Assembly (NCBI GenBank): GCA_951406725.2
Contig: OX597815.1
Location: 34,038,001 to 34,102,000, forward strand
DNA length: 64,000 bases
Reading direction: 5' to 3'
From: Octopus vulgaris
Taxonomy: Eukaryota
Shown: one piece after another, positions 11,929 to 24,985 of the stretch
How positions within the stretch are numbered: the first letter of the stretch is position 1
Layout of the letters: each line of letters opens with the position of its first letter
The notes under the pieces: generated by a model
Database searches by the model: none
What the model saw: the letters and a program-made list of their open reading frames with translations, nothing else
Told to the model about the DNA's origin: nothing
Made by a program: the position numbers and the translations under genes

Positions 11929-12149
11929 ACATACATACATACATACATACATAGATACATTTCTGAGGAAGACATCACGATGATCAGCAACTGCCCCAAA
12001 ATGTCACGGTAATATGTCCCTATGCGGCCACGGCGTTGTCACTAAAAACAAAAAAATAATGCCATCCGAATAAAGAGTAAATGAAGCCTCTCAATAGATA
12101 TAGAGAACCCCACTGTATTCAATACATACGTAAGCATTAACAAGGAATT

Positions 12150-12450
12150 TTGGTGGAAGTTACCCATCAAAATTTCTATGAAGTGTAATTATATCGAGGC
12201 AGATATTTGTGTTTGGGACAATCGAAAATCTCAGAGAAAGAGAACTACGGGGAAGTTGCTTCGAAACCGCCTATTTCTATATCCACATTATGAATTCTAT
12301 TTTATGCCAATGATAATTGGTGCACTTGGTTTTGGTGAGTAAATACCTAAATGACAATATGGAAAATGCTAGGATTTTTAGAAAAAGAAATCGAGAAACC
12401 TGTAAGTAAAACAGTAAAAATATGCGAGACTTTTCTAAAGTTTAAAATGT
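12150..12450 (+). mobile_element. 3' fragment of an RLE-type (Dong/R4-like) non-LTR retrotransposon
   Basis: Degenerate translation ...LLRNRLFLYPHYEFYFMPMIIGALG...VKICETFLKFKM, typical of an RLE C-terminus. Confidence 0.55.
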
Positions 12451-14254
12451 GCATTTGTTTGTGTTATCTGCGTTCCAGTGATGGAGCTTTGTATTTTTGT
12501 TAGAAACTAGCTCCCTCTTTACAGGAACAATTCAAATAATTGAAAATGGTAGAGACTATACATACTTTCATAAGTACATGCATGCATACATACATGCATA
12601 CGTACATGCACGCACACATACATACACATAGAGTATCGTCTTTTGGAGAAGATGAAGCAACAAAATGAAGCCGATAAATAATATTTATATTTCCGAATCA
12701 CTACTATATAAATCATTGAAAGACCGGGTTCAGCTATTGCAAACAGCGGAAGTATCATGAGAAATCCCAGTAGATATGAGATTGAATAAAAATTTTGCAA
12801 AAATCCTGGAGGATTTCTATCGACTGAAGAAGATGAACATGACGAAGATCTACAGGGGCGGAATATATTCCCCAATACTTACATGTCAGGGAAAAGCAGT
12901 TACGTTAGAAAACAACGTATGTCTAAAAATTTTTTTACTGCTTTACATAGGAAAATATCTATCAGAAATGCACAGCAAATAATATCAGCAGGCCAATAGA
13001 TTCTGCTGTCCCCAAAACGTGAACTAAAGCAAAAATAACAGCTATAATTTAAGAAGCAAGTCTGATGTCATCAAACGTTTACGAACAAGCAGAAATGAGT
13101 AAGATACGACAATTCAAAGCACATCTCGTTGCAAGACTTGAGGCGAAGTTTACTGTTTACCCCCCCCCCCCCCCCCAAAAAAAAAAAGCTAAAAAAACAA
13201 CAACAAAAATAAACAGTAAATGATTGAACGATTATGAAATGAACCGATAGTAAATCTACTGACTTGATGTTATCTATGATATATCAAGCTGTTGAAGAAC
13301 ACCTAGCACAAAATTGAAACTTCCAGCTTTCGGGCATTGAATTTTCTAGTGTTCTGTGTTGCATTTAACATTTATCAAGAGGTGGGAGTAACAGAGATCG
13401 ATCGTAATGATAACACAGAACCAAACTAGATTACCACTTCGATAGAATAGGGGAAAAATGGACAATTCGATACTACCATAAGATGTAAAGGGAATAAAGA
13501 ATTCAGTAAGCTCAAGCTGCTAATCTATGGTAGATAATATCCAAAATAAATAGAACCTGTCGACAAAAGACTCACAAGCCAACTAATTGCCCTTAAATAC
13601 GGACTATGAGTAGTGTTCAAAAGTTTAGTTATCATAAGAGATTACAAAACGATAAAGGTATCAATTATAAGTTTTGCAGGAAACCTGCCAACTGTGTATC
13701 GCCGTATAAAGAGGTAATACCATCAAGGTTGTAAATACTTCTCAGAACGATCTGAAGTTATTTTGGAGGGATGAAACAAGGATATAAATAAACTGCACAA
13801 CTGCGATACAGTGAAATTAAAGGATGCATGGAGTAAGTATTATGCAAACGTCCCTCTTAAGATATATGTGAAACTCTCCGGACAGTTGTTGAAAATCTAT
13901 CAAATGGTAAGTCATCTGGAAGTGATTTGGTAATCGATTATACAGGGAAACTCTCACCAATCTGTTTAAAACAAAGCAACAATGGATGCCGAACATGACG
14001 TGTCAGATGGATTGACAGTTGTGCCTAAGGACCAAGAGAACAAATATAGCAAAATGCTACAAGCCCACATGATACTGAAATGTTATAAATAAACTTATAC
14101 GGGTTGTATGAACATGTTTCTCCAGGATCATAAAAAAAAAGGACAAATGAAAGAAAAAAGAATTTGGGTTTGGGTTGAACAGCTTCTCATCAACAAAATT
14201 GTTCTCAAGGAATTGAAACATGGTATCGAAATCTACAGACAGTACTGCTAAACT

Positions 14255-14657
14255 TATTTGTTTATTGCCTACAAGGGGTTAAACATAAATGTGACAAACA
14301 AGGACAGACAAGCGGATTAAGTTGATTACATCGACCCTGTACGTAACTGGTATTTAATTTATCGACCCCGAAAGGATGAAAGGCAAAGTCGACCTTGGCG
14401 GAATTTGAGCTCAGAACCTAAAGGCAGACGAAATACCTACTTCTTTATTACCCACAAGGGGCTTAACATAGAGGGGACAAACAAGGACAGACATAGGTAT
14501 TAAGTCGATTACATCGACCCAGTACGTAACTGGTACTTAATTTTATCGACCCCAAAAGGATGAAAGGCAAAGTCGACCTCGGCGAAATTTGAACTCAGAA
14601 CGTAGCGTCAGGCGAAATACCGCTAAGCATTTCGCCCGGCATGCTAACGATTCTACC
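14255..14657 (-). mobile_element. SINE family A dimer
   Basis: Two tandem core+tail units joined at gacgaaatacctac (~14427-14440). Confidence 0.85.
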
Positions 14658-15905
14658 ATGCTAAACTAAAGGAAGGTATTAGAATTTATCTCTCACTTAT
14701 TGCTACTAGAGTAATTACACCACGCCAAGGTTTCTTCTGCTACAGTTAATGCCGTTAACGACTGACTACTATATGATCCACAGCTAGCACTAAGAACTAA
14801 ATCAACTAACATGGGTATCTACAGAAATATTCTAAGAGAGGTTTTGTACTTGTGTTCATTATGGCAGTGTACTCCTTGTCAACATTATTGAGGAAATGCC
14901 AAGGTTACGTTAAGATCTGCGGAGTAAAGGAAATTAGTCACGCACATTGTTTGTGTCAATGACCAATAAGCTTTATTTAGTTACAATTCATAGCCCTAAC
15001 AAGATACAGGGCTGATCATAATATTTTTTACAGGACACAAGAATGGAGTTTGGTCCTACTTGTTTACACTTGTTCATATTCAGTAGTCAATCGAAGATTG
15101 TTGATCAGACGAGAAATATAGATGTCAGTAACCTATTTGCCTCCTATTTCCAAAGAGGAATGCTATAACTATCTTAGAATTGATTAGAATGTGGAACTTA
15201 CAGCTCTTGCAGCCATGCTACAGATTGTCATTTGAACCTATTATCAAGGTACACTGAACTATGTAACAACATATTGGCATAACAGCCTGGAAATGTGATT
15301 CTCCAAAAAAGAAGTAAACAAACTGACTTCGATCCTTTAAATCCAATCGATTAGTGATACTTGAAAATTTGTAAAACATTCCAAAGGCATCTTAGGACAA
15401 TAATGGTATATTTGAAGAGTATGTGTATACAATCGAGGAATAGGAAATACTAATAATATAGTTGATTGACAAAATAGATGGGGATACAGGGAAGACACCG
15501 ACAACCGATGCAGACTTTGTTGAATGAACACTGAAGACGTCACCCACATCATTGGCAGCCATCCGAGAATGCCATCACGGTGCAATTTACCTAAGGGGCA
15601 TAATGTCATGATTAAAACATGTATACAATACAATCTGTAGAAAAGATTATCTTAGAGACAAAAGTATAAGGAGTTGCAATAGTCAGAGTGCATTTTCATT
15701 CACAATATGAAAGAATACCTGTGAAATCTTCTTCTGAAAACCTTAGCAAAATATAAACGCAACTGACCAGACATAATGATCTAGGATAAGAAATTATATA
15801 TGATACTGAAAATTAGTTACGGAGATGTAGTTGCATAGCAAGTGACCTGATTTGAGATCGTGTGCTGGAACGAAAACAATTGCAGCGTGGAAGGTGTTTA
15901 TAAGC

Positions 15906-16146
15906 CATTTAAGAAACACACAAAAACCGTTAGATTCACTTCAACATTTAAGTTTAATTTGCCAAAATATTTTCGTTGCTTTGAGACTGCGACCTGATCA
16001 CTGACAAAATTCCGTGCAGCATCACGGAGATGCTGCACGGAATTTTGTCAGTGAACAGGTCGCAGTCTCAAAGCAACGAAAATATTTTGGCAAATTAAAT
16101 TTAAATGTTGAAGTGAATCTAACGGTTTTTGTGTGTTTCTTAAATG
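15906..16146. repeat. Long inverted repeat (~118 bp arms, 5 nt loop) in an insert bounded by an imperfect 12 bp direct repeat
   Basis: Arms nearly perfectly complementary around acgga (16024-16028); tgaaaattagtt at 15807 and tgaaaattactt at 16145. Confidence 0.9.
16044..16094 (+). ncRNA. Hammerhead-like motif with G3-C8 core variant (mirrored in the left arm)
   Basis: tttgtca-GTGAACA-g-gtcgc/gcaac-GAAA-atat-TT-tggcaaa. Confidence 0.55.
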
Positions 16147-16380
16147 AAAATTACTTGCCCAGCAGAAATTGATATAATACCGAAGAGAAAAAATATCTAT
16201 GTCAGGCAAAAGAGAAACAGAGTAAATGTATGCCGAAATTTGCACTACGAACCTCTGTAAGACTGAAATATGGTATATCAGTAACAACGGACCTGAGGAT
16301 TGTACAATGGATCTGAGGATTATCTTTGTGTCATAGATCTTGCCCGAGGATAGCTAAGCAGAGACATGACAACAGCAACA

Positions 16381-16580
16381 ATCCTTTCTACTATAGGCAC
16401 AAGGCCTGAAATGTGTCAATTAGATCGATCCCAGTATGCAACTGGTACTTAACTTATCGACTCTGAAAGGATGAAAGGCAAAGTCGACCTCGGTGAAATT
16501 TGAACTCAGAACGTAACGACGGGTGAAATACCGCTAAGCATTTAGCCCGGCATGCTAACGAGTCTGCCAGCTCGCTGCCT
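16381..16580 (-). mobile_element. SINE family A (short-tail type)
   Basis: Reverse complement of the consensus. Confidence 0.85.
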
Positions 16581-16732
16581 TCACAACAGCAATGATAATA
16601 ACACCATTTTTTGTCGTACTACACGATCTTTCAGTAATCCATACTAAAGATAGTATCCAATGAATAATTAGAGACTTTCTACGTGGTTCCTTGACATCAA
16701 AGACATTTTCGTCTTCTATGTTGGACATACTG

Positions 16733-16960
16733 AAGGCGGCGAGCTGGCAGAAACGTTAGCACGCCGGGCGAAATGCTTAGCGGTATTTCGTCTGCCGCTA
16801 CGTTCTGAGTTCAAATTCCGCCAAGATTGTCTTTGCCTTTCATCCTTTCGGGGTCGATTAAATAAGTACTAGTTACGCACTGGGGTCGATGTAATCGACT
16901 TAATCCGTTTGTCCTTGTTTGTCTCCTCTATGCTTAGCCCCTTGCGGGCAATAAAGAAAT
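16733..16960 (+). mobile_element. SINE family A with imperfect TSD
   Basis: Consensus match; tatgttggacatactg and tatattggacacactg flank it. Confidence 0.9.
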
Positions 16961-17183
16961 GTATATTGGACACACTGGATCGTGCTGTTTCTGAAAAAAG
17001 AAAAAGAAATGGTACAGCCATGGCTAGAATATTTTAGCAACAGTAGCAGCAACATCAAGAACAACAACAGCAACAACAACACTAACGCTACACTACACTA
17101 TGCACACTGCACAATGTTATTGTATACTGACAAAATACTAACTGAAATTAATGGTCACTATATTCAATTCCTCCCTTACGCAG

Positions 17184-17236
17184 CTTCAAGAAATGCCCAC
17201 GATGCTCTCTGCTTATTGAAAGACGAAATCCAAATA
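17184..17236 (+). CDS. Coding exon (SRNAHDALCLLKDEIQI)
   Basis: ctcccttacgcag acceptor, |gtaagt donor, phase 1 to 0, bridges the exons at 5107 and 20297 in frame. Confidence 0.65.
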
Positions 17237-17307
17237 GTAAGTAATCCTATATTCATATTCCACCACTTTAGGCTTCCGTGTCATAATCTCTTTTGGGAAC
17301 AGAAGGT

Positions 17308-17401
17308 TAGTAGTAGTAGTAGTAGCAACAACAGTAGTAGTAGTAGTAGTAGTAGTAGTTACAGCAGTAGAAACCGTAGCAGCAGCAGTATCTGCAGCAA
17401 C

Positions 17402-17467
<66 letters not shown>
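17308..17467. repeat. (AGT)n/(AGC)n microsatellite
   Basis: Directly visible. Confidence 0.95.
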
Positions 17468-18321
17468 CTCACAATGGTCTCTAGCTGTTCTTGAAATTCC
17501 ATCATTCTTATCTAACTTTATGCAATATCTCGTATTAATATCAATTCCATTATATAAAAGTCTGCCTTGTGTATATCGAACGGTGACTGCAGTTTTAAGT
17601 GGTGGTTCCTGTATGTCGGTAGTATCCTTCTTATAGAAATGCAGAGAAAGGAGGATATAGTTTAAGTTGAAGTAATAGTGTGTGATTCAAAATGCCTTAT
17701 TGTGTATTAAACCCGTGTATTAAACCTGGTTCCTTACCAATCCCAAAGAATGGTAAATAAGTTTAATTTGTAGAAATGTGCCGGACTAAAGGCCTTGTAG
17801 TAATATAGTATTGTGTCTTCATATTGTTTGAAATCATGCCACCGGTTTCAGCTTTGTGCTTCATTTATTCTGTTATTAACAGACTTAAGGGCCAGGGATG
17901 TATGATGACGTTCAGAACCCCCCAAAATTTGCGAGGGTTTTGTGTACATAACAATCAGGCCAATAACATCACGATTTTTCTCTATTCTGTATAGAAGAAT
18001 AAAAAGCTGAAATGTTAAAATTTTCATTCCTTACGACAAACTCATATGTAAATATATTGGTAATTTCTCCCACTTTTTCAATTATTGGCACCCACCCCCG
18101 CAAAAAAAAAAAAAGAATTCATCATTAGACGGAGATGAGAGAAATGGAAAACTCTGAGGTAACTCATAATCGAGATAAATGCTCGTACATCCAATATTCG
18201 CAATCAATTAACCTGCAACACTAAACAGCATTTAATTTCGAAAGATCAGACTTATCTCCCTTTCCTCCCTACATATCGCTTATTCCACAATTCGAACTGT
18301 TTGTATTATTATTTACCAATA

Positions 18322-18722
18322 AGGCGGCGGGCTGGCATTAACGTTAGCACGCCGGGCGAAATGCTTAGCAGTATTTCGTCTGTCTTTACGTTCTGAGTTC
18401 AAATTCTGCCAAGGTCGACTTTGCCTTTCATCCTTTCGGGGTCGATAAATTAAGTACCAGTTACGCACTGGAGTCGATGTAATCGACTTAATCTGTTTGT
18501 CTGTCCTTGTTTGTCCCCTATGTGTGTAGCCCCATTGTGGATAGTAAAGAAATAGGCATTTCGTCTTTCTTTACGTTCTGAACTCAAATTCCACCGAGGT
18601 TGACTTAGCCTTTCATCCTTTCGGAGTCGATTAATTAAGCACCAATGAAACACCGGGGTGGATGTAATCGACAAGTCCCTTCCCCACAAATTTGAGGCCT
18701 TGTGCCTCCAGTAGAAAGGATT
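18322..18722 (+). mobile_element. SINE family A dimer
   Basis: Head+core+long tail, then a second headless unit starting at aggcatttcgtc with a short tail. Confidence 0.85.
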
Positions 18723-19150
18723 ATTATTATTTGCCAACGTGGATCATCATCATTTCCTCAGATTCTTCTGTTTTACTAAATACCTTGCATGTGCAGTGTT
18801 CGCATGTCCTTTGCATGTCCAGTATTTAAATTCCAGCCATTCATCATTCGGAAGTCGATAAATAAAATATCAGTCTTGTACTTGGTTTGATTATATCGAT
18901 TCCATCCCATTTTTCTTGTGATCTTATGTTAATGTAATAAATCAGTAGCTGTTGGTTCCCCATGAGCTTCGGCGAAGAGAATTAATCACTTGTTCGATCA
19001 GCTGAATTCTTGCGAATATTAAATGTGTGGCTGGACATTCTATAGACATGTGTACTCTTAACTCAATGTAATTCTCAGGCAGAATCAAAGTGACATAGTA
19101 TGCGACAAGACTGGATCTTGAATTGCAGGTACATGAAACAGAGAGAGAGA

Positions 19151-19200
<50 letters not shown>

Positions 19201-20296
19201 GAAATGTACAGACAAAGAAAAGAATCGGCTTCAATGCTGGATTGATCGACCCGAAAAGATGAAAGCAAAGTTAACCTCGGAGGCGTTTGAGGTCAAAGTG
19301 CAGAGAACCGAGAGGGACACCGTTAGACATTTTATCCAGCACTCTTATAACTCGGCTAACTGGCTACCTTAATCAATAGTAAACAGATTAAGTTATTTAT
19401 CTTCAGGTTGTTATTTACTGATTTAAAATTTGTTAGAGTTGGCTTGTCTTTCTTCCGTCATATTATGGAATAAATCTTAATTGTCACTGTTCTGCCTCTC
19501 ACAAAATATGTGGCCTCCTACTAATGAAAGAAGTCGGTATACAAACAGATTCAAGTCATCCCTCAGCACATTAAAAAACAGAAGTAAATCGCTTTAATCT
19601 TTTGGCGCAAACTTAACATTGATCCACGGCGCCAACTACAATGCTAACGAACAAACGAGGGAGCTTCTATGTGATTGCTCGACCTGCTAGAAATAATAAC
19701 TGCACCTCCTTTTAATCATACCTCATTGTCTTCAAAGTAGGATATATTGGTTAATGATTTAACATTGACGGTATGGTCACGGATGGAAAATCTTTGATCA
19801 TAGGACTGCTCAATTAAATTTGAGCTGTGACCTTAGTGCTGAATCGAGGCATACTTGCAACTATGCGGTCACGAGTTCAACCACACAGCACGGCATTTTA
19901 GGCAGGTATCTTTTGTCACAGTTTTAGGTAAATCAAAGCCCTTTGAGTTAAATTTACTGAGCAGATACCGTGTGAACCCTCTTCTTGGGTAGTAGATTTA
20001 ATCTGTCTTTTGGTTTAATACCTCCACATGGCCGTTGGTTGCTTATAGCAGATCTACTCAGTTGAAAGCATCCAGATAAGACTTTATTTCTGAGCATAAT
20101 TCCTTTCCTTCGCAGAAAACTTTGAAAATAGTAATTTTTCTTCATATAACAGAACATTAAAGAACAGCGACAGCAGCAACAACAACAACGGCAATTATTA
20201 TAAATTGATAATAAAAAACATACTGTTTGATGCTCATTAATTTTGGTTTTACGTTTAATATTTAACTTGTCTTGTGCTCATATATTTTTTTGATAG

Positions 20297-20438
20297 AATC
20301 CCGAACCTACAGTAATAGAAATAAACAAAAGAAAGAAATCCAAGATGAAGCGTTTAAGCCAAAGTAGTTCGCCTATTTTGCATCGTGGTAACCGGAGTTT
20401 ATCTGTTTCTTCTTTAATATTGAAGTTAGTAAAATTTT
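20297..20438 (+). CDS. Coding exon (NPEPTVIEINKRKKSKMKRLSQSSSPILHR...), two alternative phase-1 donors after 20387 and 20438
   Basis: tttttttgatag acceptor; open in phase 0; donors G|gtaacc and T|gtaagc, both phase 1. Confidence 0.6.
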
Positions 20439-20492
20439 GTAAGCGTAGGAGATTTAATCTTGACAAGAGAGTCCAATAAACCACTGTGTTTG

Positions 20493-20583
<91 letters not shown>

Positions 20584-20588
20584 CATCC

Positions 20589-20632
<44 letters not shown>

Positions 20633-20633
20633 G

Positions 20634-20700
<67 letters not shown>
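20493..20700. repeat. (TATC)n microsatellite
   Basis: Directly visible. Confidence 0.95.
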
Positions 20701-20702
<2 letters not shown>

Positions 20703-22394
20703 ACACACACATATACACGTACGCACACACACACATTGTATATATCTACATATACATACAATGGTTTATATCCATATGTTATATAATACATTATATTTAT
20801 AATAATATACATATTGTATTATAAGTCCGTGTATTCTTACAGTTACATCGAATAAACACACAACATAGAAATACATTTATTGTATAACCTTGTATTTTAT
20901 TCCCTGACTTATGTATGAGTTTCTATACATTGTTGTTAGGCTAAAATTGTTTTTAATGCTTCCTCGCACGATTGCTCAATAGCTTTCTGTAATTATGTAT
21001 GCACAAAAAAATACTAATCTCTCAACTTGTTATTTTATAACCAGTCTTCAATGTTGGTAGCATCCACTGATTAGAGTTTGTCTACTGGGGATGTTCTCCA
21101 CTGACAGCTGGAACATTTGCAGTTCTTTCTGATCTATCATTTACGTAATAACTGTGATTTCCAATCATGGAAAATAAATATTTTCATACTAGGTTTTATT
21201 TTAGTTTATCTGATTTTTATCAAATCCTTCAAAAGGAAGAATAATATTACCAGGAAAATTTACTGATAAATTTTTATCAGTGAAAGTGAAATGGTTCACT
21301 TTCTCAGCATAATAAGAACCAATCTCTTTAGAACTCACACGATAGTGTGGATTAACCTTTATTTACAGATGATAAAGCACGTAGATAAAAGCCTCGTTCT
21401 ATTCATTCAGACGCTTTTTCTTTGGATAATGTCAAAAGGTTTTAATGTAAATGAAAACTGACAGATAAGCAGAAGTCTTTCTCAAAGCCAGGAAGAATTT
21501 TTAGTCTACACAAATAGAATACAACCATGTTTAATGTATCTGGTACTTCCTTTTGTCCACGAGACAGCAGCACTAAAGTGTGTAGCAAATATTTTGGATG
21601 TTCTCATTCTACCAGTTCAAGGTTATTAACATAAACTGAAAACATCTGTTTACAATTTATGTTAATGAGAACAAGAATGGTTTCTATTGCTGTTTTGGAT
21701 ACTACACTATATTGGTTTCCTTTTGTCTGTTTATTCGTTCGAAGCAGTTTGTATTTAAAATTGAGTAAAACGTTGGTGCGTTTAATACAATCGCAATGTG
21801 TTCAGTAAAGGAATGGTGTATTTAACGTAATAATATTCTCCAGACAGTAATACACTATGGCTGATGTGGTTTGATGTGTTCACTGCTTAATATGACTCTG
21901 ATTGGTCGCGTGGTTATGTGGTCTGGTGAAAAGATTTGGTGAAACGCTAGCGTGTTGTGTCGGCATCCCGAGGTGGAATGTTGCGGAGGAATAGTCTGTA
22001 GAATAGTAGTAGAAATGTACGGTAGAACATAGGATCGGAATAATGTAGAGGAGTATAACAGAAAAGTATAGAGGAGTAATACAGAGATGAACAGTGTCGA
22101 GGAATGATGAGTAGATTAGTAGAGTGGTGTAGTGCAGTGGAGAGATTTGATGGAGTGGTGTACTTGAATGTTGTGACGGATTGGTATGGTTATATAATGC
22201 TAGGGTGGATGATACGTAACAGAATGGAGTGGTGGTATAAGGAATGGTCTTTTGTTGTTGTTTATCACTAGGGTCAGTTCTGATGAAGCAAATCTGCACC
22301 ACGTTGGTTACTAAGTGAATGACTCGAAGCTACATACAGATCAATTGTTCCGAGTTCAATTCGTCTAAGTCGAATGACGCCTGCTGTTATGTCA

Positions 22395-22466
<72 letters not shown>

Positions 22467-22467
22467 G

Positions 22468-22518
<51 letters not shown>

Positions 22519-23072
22519 GAGTGAGAGAGCAGTGCATGCCATCAAAGTGACACTGGGGTAAAATATACGAAGCCCAGTATACCCATCATGACTACCCGTC
22601 TGATAAGAGTACACCAGGCACATGCATCACAACCATATGTGCGCGATATGGTGATCTCATATGAAGATAAACAGCACATAACCTTGCAGGTGTGGCCCAG
22701 TTAGAATTTTTTTCTGGTCGAGTAACCCATCCCACTCAAATTGTCCTTGAATGAGGGTTGTTTAAGGATGTTAAATGAAACACCCATGTTTCCAGAGGTT
22801 AATTATTTAAACCCCAAATAATCCCTCTCAACACATGGCTATGATGCTCCCCCACTACTTCTGCTCGTGATCAGAGATGCACATATCGTCAGTCACTAAG
22901 GGACATGCTCAACTGGTTAAGGTCAAACAACTGACAAGTAAATCTGTGGTATTGAGCAGAATATTTGCTGTAGCCCATCTTTTATACCAAGACAAAACAA
23001 TGTACATGATAACACTTCCAATCAGTTAAGATCAGAAGCCATGAGGGCCACTGACTGGCACTGCATCAGGGC

Positions 23073-23074
<2 letters not shown>
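22519..23074 (-). mobile_element. Family D element flanked on both sides by (ATT)n
   Basis: (ATT)n at 22396-22518 and 23075-23135; identity with the other copies. Confidence 0.9.
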
Positions 23075-23136
<62 letters not shown>

Positions 23137-24219
23137 GTTTTTTGTATTTATATTCATATTATCTTTTGTTTTTTGTATTTATATTCGTGTAACATCGTCC
23201 GTTTTTCTGTCCTTGTTTCGTATACATTCGATCCTTTTTCCAAGAAATCTAATGCTCGTAGCTTAGTTTTTCCTTGAGGCTGGCCAGATCGGAGCAATCT
23301 CAAGATTAATCAGCCGAAATTGCGAGGATGATCCGGTTCTTGACTGAAGATTAGAGGCTTTTTGTATCCTCTATTTGAATGTTTTGCGTTCTTGTCCCAT
23401 TTTGTATTTTCATATATATATATGAGAGACCCAAAGAGTGGCAGATAACGCTAAGTAAGTGCTATGGACAGACCGTGTACGTATGTCATTATGCCGTCTT
23501 TTCCTCTCTCTGATTTCTACCTTTCACACTAACCTATACAATCACATACGTCTATTTATAGAAATTTGACATTCTCGTATTCTTCCTTTCACTTTAAAAG
23601 TTACCACTAAAATTACTACTCACTTTCGTAACACCCCATCCATACCTTTTCTCTACCCTTCCCTTAATGCAGCTCTATCATATCACTCCTACTCACACAT
23701 CTCACTCCTTACCTTCTCATCTCTTCCTATCCCTCCCCACTCCTCTCCCTTCCTTCCCCTCACATTATCTTGACCACCATCTAACACTCCTTTTCACACT
23801 TTTCACCCTTTCCTCACTTTTCTTTTCACTCTTTTCACTTTTTCTCTCTTTCTTCCTCTCATTTTCTCTTCCTGTTTTCATTTTGAGCTATCTCCTCATT
23901 TTAAACATACACATCTCCGCCCCCTCCCGGCTATCCACAAATACTACCAATACATTCTCAAATTTTCATTTACACCACAAGACCCTTTCGAATAAGCAAC
24001 ACAGAATCCACGACTCCATACTTTGAAATGACTGAACCTGAACTACTATAGGCACTTACACACCATGCACAGGAAACTTTTTTACCACTTCTATACATCA
24101 CTTTCCTCGAATAATGGAACTGCAACTACAATATCTTTATATATTTTATATTTTTCTCTCTACTTTCATTGTCTTATTTCCCTCTATATTCCCTTACCTC
24201 TGTTTAACCATCTCACATC

Positions 24220-24267
24220 GTCTCTGATGAAGAGATATCCATAATATCCCAGAAACAGCTGTAAGGC
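24220..24267 (+). ncRNA. Minimal type I hammerhead ribozyme motif
   Basis: gtct-CTGATGA-a-gagata/tatccc-a-GAAA-C-AGCT-G-TA-aggc; palindromic stem III loop as in Penelope-like element hammerheads. Confidence 0.7.
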
Positions 24268-24937
24268 TATATGTATATCTTTTCCCTTGTAAATGTCTTG
24301 AAAACCCCTCACAGCCTTAGCCTTGTTATCTCATTTTGTCTAATATATACAGAGCCCCTCACTTAGGCTCTATCACTACATACCTGACACTCCTTTACTA
24401 TTTACCCTCTCATCTTTTTACACTCTCATATCTTTCTATCTCTATCACCCTCATCCCCCACTCCTTCTACCTGACACTCCTTTACTCTTTACACACTCAT
24501 ATCTTTCTCTCTCTATCACTCTCACCTCCTCATTCCTTCTATCAATTTATCCTGACTGACCACTAACCAGTACACTTTCCCTCTCTTCATTTCTCCATTA
24601 TCTCTCTCCCCGCCTTTACTTTTTCTTTTATCCTTTTTCCCCCTATCTTCCTGTTTTTGATGTGACTTTACAAACACACTCCCAACTTTTAAGTCACTTA
24701 AAAAAGACCTTCGATTCAATAATACCGTTTACAAATTCCGTGCTTGGAATGACCAATTTTGAATACTATTGAAACTTATTCACAGGGTACAGGAATCTTA
24801 TGTGTACCATTCTGCCTAAATAATGGAATTGAAGATACAATATCCCTGGATATCTCACGTCTATTTTCATTCCTCTACTTCACTCTCTATTTCATATCTT
24901 ATCAAGAATAAATAGTGCTTAACTATTTTCTCACACC

Positions 24938-24985
24938 GTCACCGATGAAGGGATATATAAAATATCCCGGAAACAGCTGTAAGAC
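24938..24985 (+). ncRNA. Minimal type I hammerhead ribozyme motif (U4C variant)
   Basis: gtca-CCGATGA-a-gggatat/atatccc-g-GAAA-C-AGCT-G-TA-agac. Confidence 0.65.

Larger units (their letters stand above)
13400..16290 (+). mobile_element. Highly degenerate Dong/R4-like non-LTR retrotransposon ORF (RT, CCHC, RLE), interrupted by SINEs and a fold-back insert
   Basis: Motif remnants EQLLINKIVLKELK (~14176), DTRMEFG (~15035), DNRCRLC*MNTEDVTHIIGS (~15500), PDIMI...ILKIS (~15767-15818). Confidence 0.65.

Noticed and set aside
16982-17494. 170 aa ORF with poly-Ser as a single gene
   Set aside because: Only 17184-17236 has splice signals; the rest is (CAA)n/(AGT)n repeat.
23270-23330. ggctg/cagcc-GAAA hairpin as a hammerhead
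   Set aside because: No CUGANGA-like core and no UH triplet.
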